Shown one piece after another: positions 63,870 through 64,000 of a DNA stretch of 64,000 nucleotides (its first letter is position 1; the number at the start of each line of letters is the position of its first letter). This DNA comes from Carcharhinus amblyrhynchos. Taxonomy: Eukaryota. The notes under the pieces are model-generated. The model ran no database searches and was not told the DNA's origin. It was given only the letters and a program-made list of their open reading frames with translations. The position numbers were made by a program, and so were the translations under genes. Where the stretch lies: positions 123,814,001 to 123,878,000 of the forward strand of contig OZ336870.1 of the NCBI GenBank assembly GCA_965287045.1, read 5' to 3'.

Positions 63870-64000
63870 GGCACAGTAAGTAGTCTCACAACACCAGGTT
63901 AAAGTCCAACAGCTTTATTTGGTAGCACAAGCTTTTGGAGTGTTGCTCTTTCATCATGACCTGATGAAGGTGCAATGCTCTGAAAGCTTGTGCTACCAAA
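63870..64000. mobile_element. Palindromic Penelope-like terminal element (runs off the window end)
   Basis: cacagtaagtagtctcacaacaccaggttaaagtccaac…ggtagcacaagctt…ctgatgaagg…gaaagcttgtgctaccaaa; same family as 57799. Confidence 0.75.

Overview
Eukaryotic (vertebrate) genomic DNA, most likely from a shark or other elasmobranch, judged by its HE1/V-SINE-like, Deu-SINE, CR1 and Penelope-like repeats. It carries a tandem pair of NK5/HMX homeobox genes on the minus strand. HMX1 has coding exons 44004-43701 and 42469-41859 (304 aa). About 20 kb downstream lies SOHo-1/HMX4, with coding exons 21813-21606 and 21275-20734 (249 aa). Each gene has an N-terminal eh1 motif, one phase-1 intron and a CpG-rich promoter. 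The rest is non-coding: decayed CR1 LINEs, several SINE families, Harbinger remnants, Penelope-like termini and four minisatellites. The least-explained signals are: minimal hammerhead-ribozyme motifs (best at 6828-6863, minus strand); a candidate stop-containing cassette exon in the HMX1 intron; out-of-frame uORFs overlapping both start codons; an old duplication-plus-inversion about 5 kb upstream of HMX1; and a 68-bp-arm hairpin inserted in a SINE. No alignments or database searches were run. Family names come from recalled motifs and repeat boundaries are approximate.
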